This document shows, piece by piece, positions 52,690 through 64,000 of a DNA stretch of 64,000 nt (its first letter is position 1; every line of letters starts with the position of its first letter). The DNA is from the human T2T-CHM13v2.0 reference genome, Homo sapiens. Location: the NCBI RefSeq assembly GCF_009914755.1, contig NC_060943.1, one strand, 5' to 3'. Both the position numbers and the translations under genes were made by a program. Below the pieces are notes generated by a model, which searched no databases, was not told where the DNA came from, and worked only from the letters and a program-made list of their open reading frames with translations.

Positions 52690-53640
52690 GCAGATTCATT
52701 GAGTCATTGGATAAATACTTCCTGGGTGCTAGTGGGGACCAGCTGCTGTCATGGGCGCTGTCACAGCAGCGGGGAATAACCAGACCAAAGTCCCGTCCTC
52801 CAGGAGGGTGCTGCGCGATAGTCCAGGGAGACACGGGGTCAGCAAAATAATTCAACGCGATCTGATGGTTCTCATGCCGCCGGGAAGGACGCGGCAAGGG
52901 GGTGTGAGCAGGGGGTTGCACTTTCTCACGGGCTGGTCATGGCGGGCCTGGTGGGTGAGGAGGAGGGTGAAGACACAAAGTTGGGGAAACAGGGCAGCGC
53001 ATTTGAGCAGAGGGAATTGCATGGGAAGGGCCTGAGGGTGAAGTGCCCGGAACCTGGATTGGTCCAGAAGGCAGCGTGACTAGAGCGGAAGGAATGAGGG
53101 GAGATGGGGTCAGAGAATAAAGGGTGTGGAACAGGGGGCAGAGGACACCATGATGGATGTCACAGGCCATCGTAGGGGCTCCAGCTTGTCCCCTGAGACC
53201 CCACGGGGGTTTCCAGCGGAGGAGGGACACGGGCTACGTTGTGATGGGGCCTCTTTGGCGCTGTGCGCGGATGGAAATGGGGGCGAGAGCAGAAGGAAGC
53301 GTGAAGGTCCAAAATACAGACGAGGCAGGCTGGTGCGCGGTGGAGGCGGTGCGCGTGCAGGGGCGTGCGCTCAAGGTCAGAAGAAGGAAAGGAGGCCAGC
53401 CTGGCTTCCCATTTTGGGATCTGCACGAAGGACTGCCGGCGGCCCTGCCTGCCGCGGGGAAGCCAGCAGGATGAAGGGGTTTTGGAGAAGCGTGCAGGCG
53501 CTTGGACTTGGATATGATCAGCCTGAGATGCCAGTCAGACATCCACAGAGCATGCTGCATGGGCCGCTGTATGCAGGGGCCGAGACTAGAGCTCCAGGGA
53601 GAGGCCTGCGCTGGAGTCAGAAACTGGGTGTCATCGATAG
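52690..53640 (-). mobile_element. L2 LINE 3' fragment, unusually CpG-rich
   Basis: attcattgagtcatt..aaatactt end signature; ttggacttggatat..ctgagatgcc..agacatcca. Confidence 0.65.
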
Positions 53641-53718
53641 TTAATATTTTTTTAAGATTGAGATATAGTCCACACTGTAACATCCCCCCTTTAAAGTGCA
53701 CGGTTCGGTGGCATCTAG

Positions 53719-56129
<2,411 letters not shown>

Positions 56130-56208
56130 CTATTTCTCTATCACCCCCATGGCAGATGGAGATGAAGGCTGAGGCCACCCAGCTGGAAATGGAAATGTCA
56201 CAGGGCCC

Positions 56209-56767
56209 TGTGATGGTTAATACTGAGTGTCAACTTGACTGGATTGAAGGATGCAAAATATTGTCCTGGGTGTGTCTGTGAGGGTGTTGCCAAAGGAGAG
56301 TGACATTTGAGCCGGTGGACAGGGAGAGGCAGACCCACCCTCACTCTGGGTGGGCACCATCTAATCAGCTGCCAGCGCGGCCAGGATAAAAGCAGGCAGA
56401 GGAACGTGGAAGGACTGGACTGGCTGAGTCTACAGGCCTTCATCTTTCTCCCATGCTGGGTGCCTCCTGCCCTCGAACATCAGACTCCAAGTTCTTCAGC
56501 TTTTGGACTCTTGGGCTTACACCAGCAGTTGGCCAGGGGCTCTCGGGCCTTTGGCCACAGACTGACGGCTGTGCTGTCGGCTTCCCGACTTTTGAGGTTT
56601 GGGGACTCGGACTGATCCACCCCTGGCTTCCTTGTGCCTCAGCTTGCAGACGGCCTATCGTGGGACTTTACCTTGTGACCGTGTGAGTCACTTCTCCTGG
56701 ATAAGGTCCCTTTCATGGAGACCTCTATCCTGTGAGTCCTGTCCCTCTAGAGACCCTGGCTCATCCA
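56209..56767 (+). mobile_element. Solo MLT2A-type (HERV-L) LTR, full length, antisense to ZFR2
   Basis: TGTGATGGTTAATACTGAGTGTCAACTTGA start, caccatctaatcagctgccagc, ...ctgtccctctagag..CA end. Confidence 0.9.
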
Positions 56768-57131
56768 GCCACTGACTTCCGTGCCCCGGGAACCGCTGGA
56801 GAACACCTGCACTCCCGCGTTCTGACCTTGGCGCGGTGGGTCTGCGACTGCGTGCAGCGTGAGCCACACCCAGGTGGAGGGCGCAGGGCCTCAGGGGCCA
56901 GAGAGACAACGTGCCCTGCCACACCAGAGGCTAATGCGTCCAGTCAAGTCCTTCATCAGGGAGAGAGTTTTCAAGTCTGTTTTACCAGCAGTAAGACGAC
57001 ATTTCAATCGCTGTGTGTACACACAACACACACACACCCAGAATTTCATTTTGTGGCACTTCTGTTCACAGGGGTTTTATATTCAAAATGCATCTTACAC
57101 ATTCATACCCGTAACAGTCCTGATTTTGTAA

Positions 57132-63390
<6,259 letters not shown>

Positions 63391-64000
63391 AAACATACGT
63401 ACTTTAAAAGCAGCCAAAGTTTCCAAACAAAAGTCATTTCCCACAAGAAAGAATGTCTAGTTAACCTAAAGTCATTCAAATAATGCCTATCATCTTGTTT
63501 CAAGGTTTTGTGAGAATGAAATGTATTTTGCTATGATTCCTGTGTTATTTTTAGTTAATAGCTTACTATTTTCTTAAGGAAGAACACATTCTCTCTGCGG
63601 CAATTCTAAGGACGGACTAACTCAACAACTCAACACCGGGTTGCGTGTATACTGTATCACCTAAGCCATCAGAACACAGAAGGTAGCTGTGCTAAAATGT
63701 ATAAGCACGTTAATTCAAATCAATGACAGAAGCCTCTACTGAAGCTTAGCAATCACCTATTTGAACAACATAAACATTCAATTTCTCCTCTGGAAGGTAA
63801 TTTTAATAGCAAGCATAATATTCAAGTGATTTTCCACGTCTGATGGAAGAATACAATGGAGAAAGAAAGAAGAGAAAGAGAAAAGAAGGAAGAGCTAGCA
63901 GGCAGAGGGGTGGAGTGTGTCCAGAAGTTTGTACTAGCCTGGATCGCTAGCCAAGTCCAGCCGCTTTAACTGAGCCCTGGCAATCAAAACACCACTGAGG

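Overview
Human (primate) genomic DNA, GC-rich and very Alu-dense, matching the ZFR2 locus (zinc finger RNA-binding protein 2; 19p13.3 by recollection) on the minus strand. I traced 18 coding exons (exons 2-19, 2767 coding nt). All have GT-AG boundaries and continuous reading frame, and together they encode three C2H2 (matrin/U1-like) dsRNA-binding zinc fingers and a DZF domain. A ~1.9 kb Alu-containing 3' UTR ends near an AATAAA at 1307-1312. Positions 32255-64000 are the long first intron; exon 1 and the promoter lie beyond the right edge. That intron holds Alu, L1, L2, MIR, MER2/MER20/MER58, MLT1 and MLT2 elements and several tandem arrays. No prokaryotic-type system, CRISPR array, rRNA or tRNA is present, and nearly all ORF-track entries outside the exons are Alu- or repeat-derived noise. 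The most interesting unexplained signals are: (1) a ~1 kb 25-bp minisatellite that is a dense YCAY cluster on the transcript and carries a GRE/ERE hybrid motif per unit; (2) candidate truncating exons or a recursive splice site in intron 1; (3) an unusually similar inverted MER20 pair around one of those exons; (4) mutually complementary UG-rich and CA-rich intronic tracts with UGCAUG clusters and cryptic donors; (5) a triplicated forkhead + D-box module; (6) two NAGNAG acceptors. Repeat family names come from recalled consensus sequences, not from a database search, and repeat boundaries are approximate.
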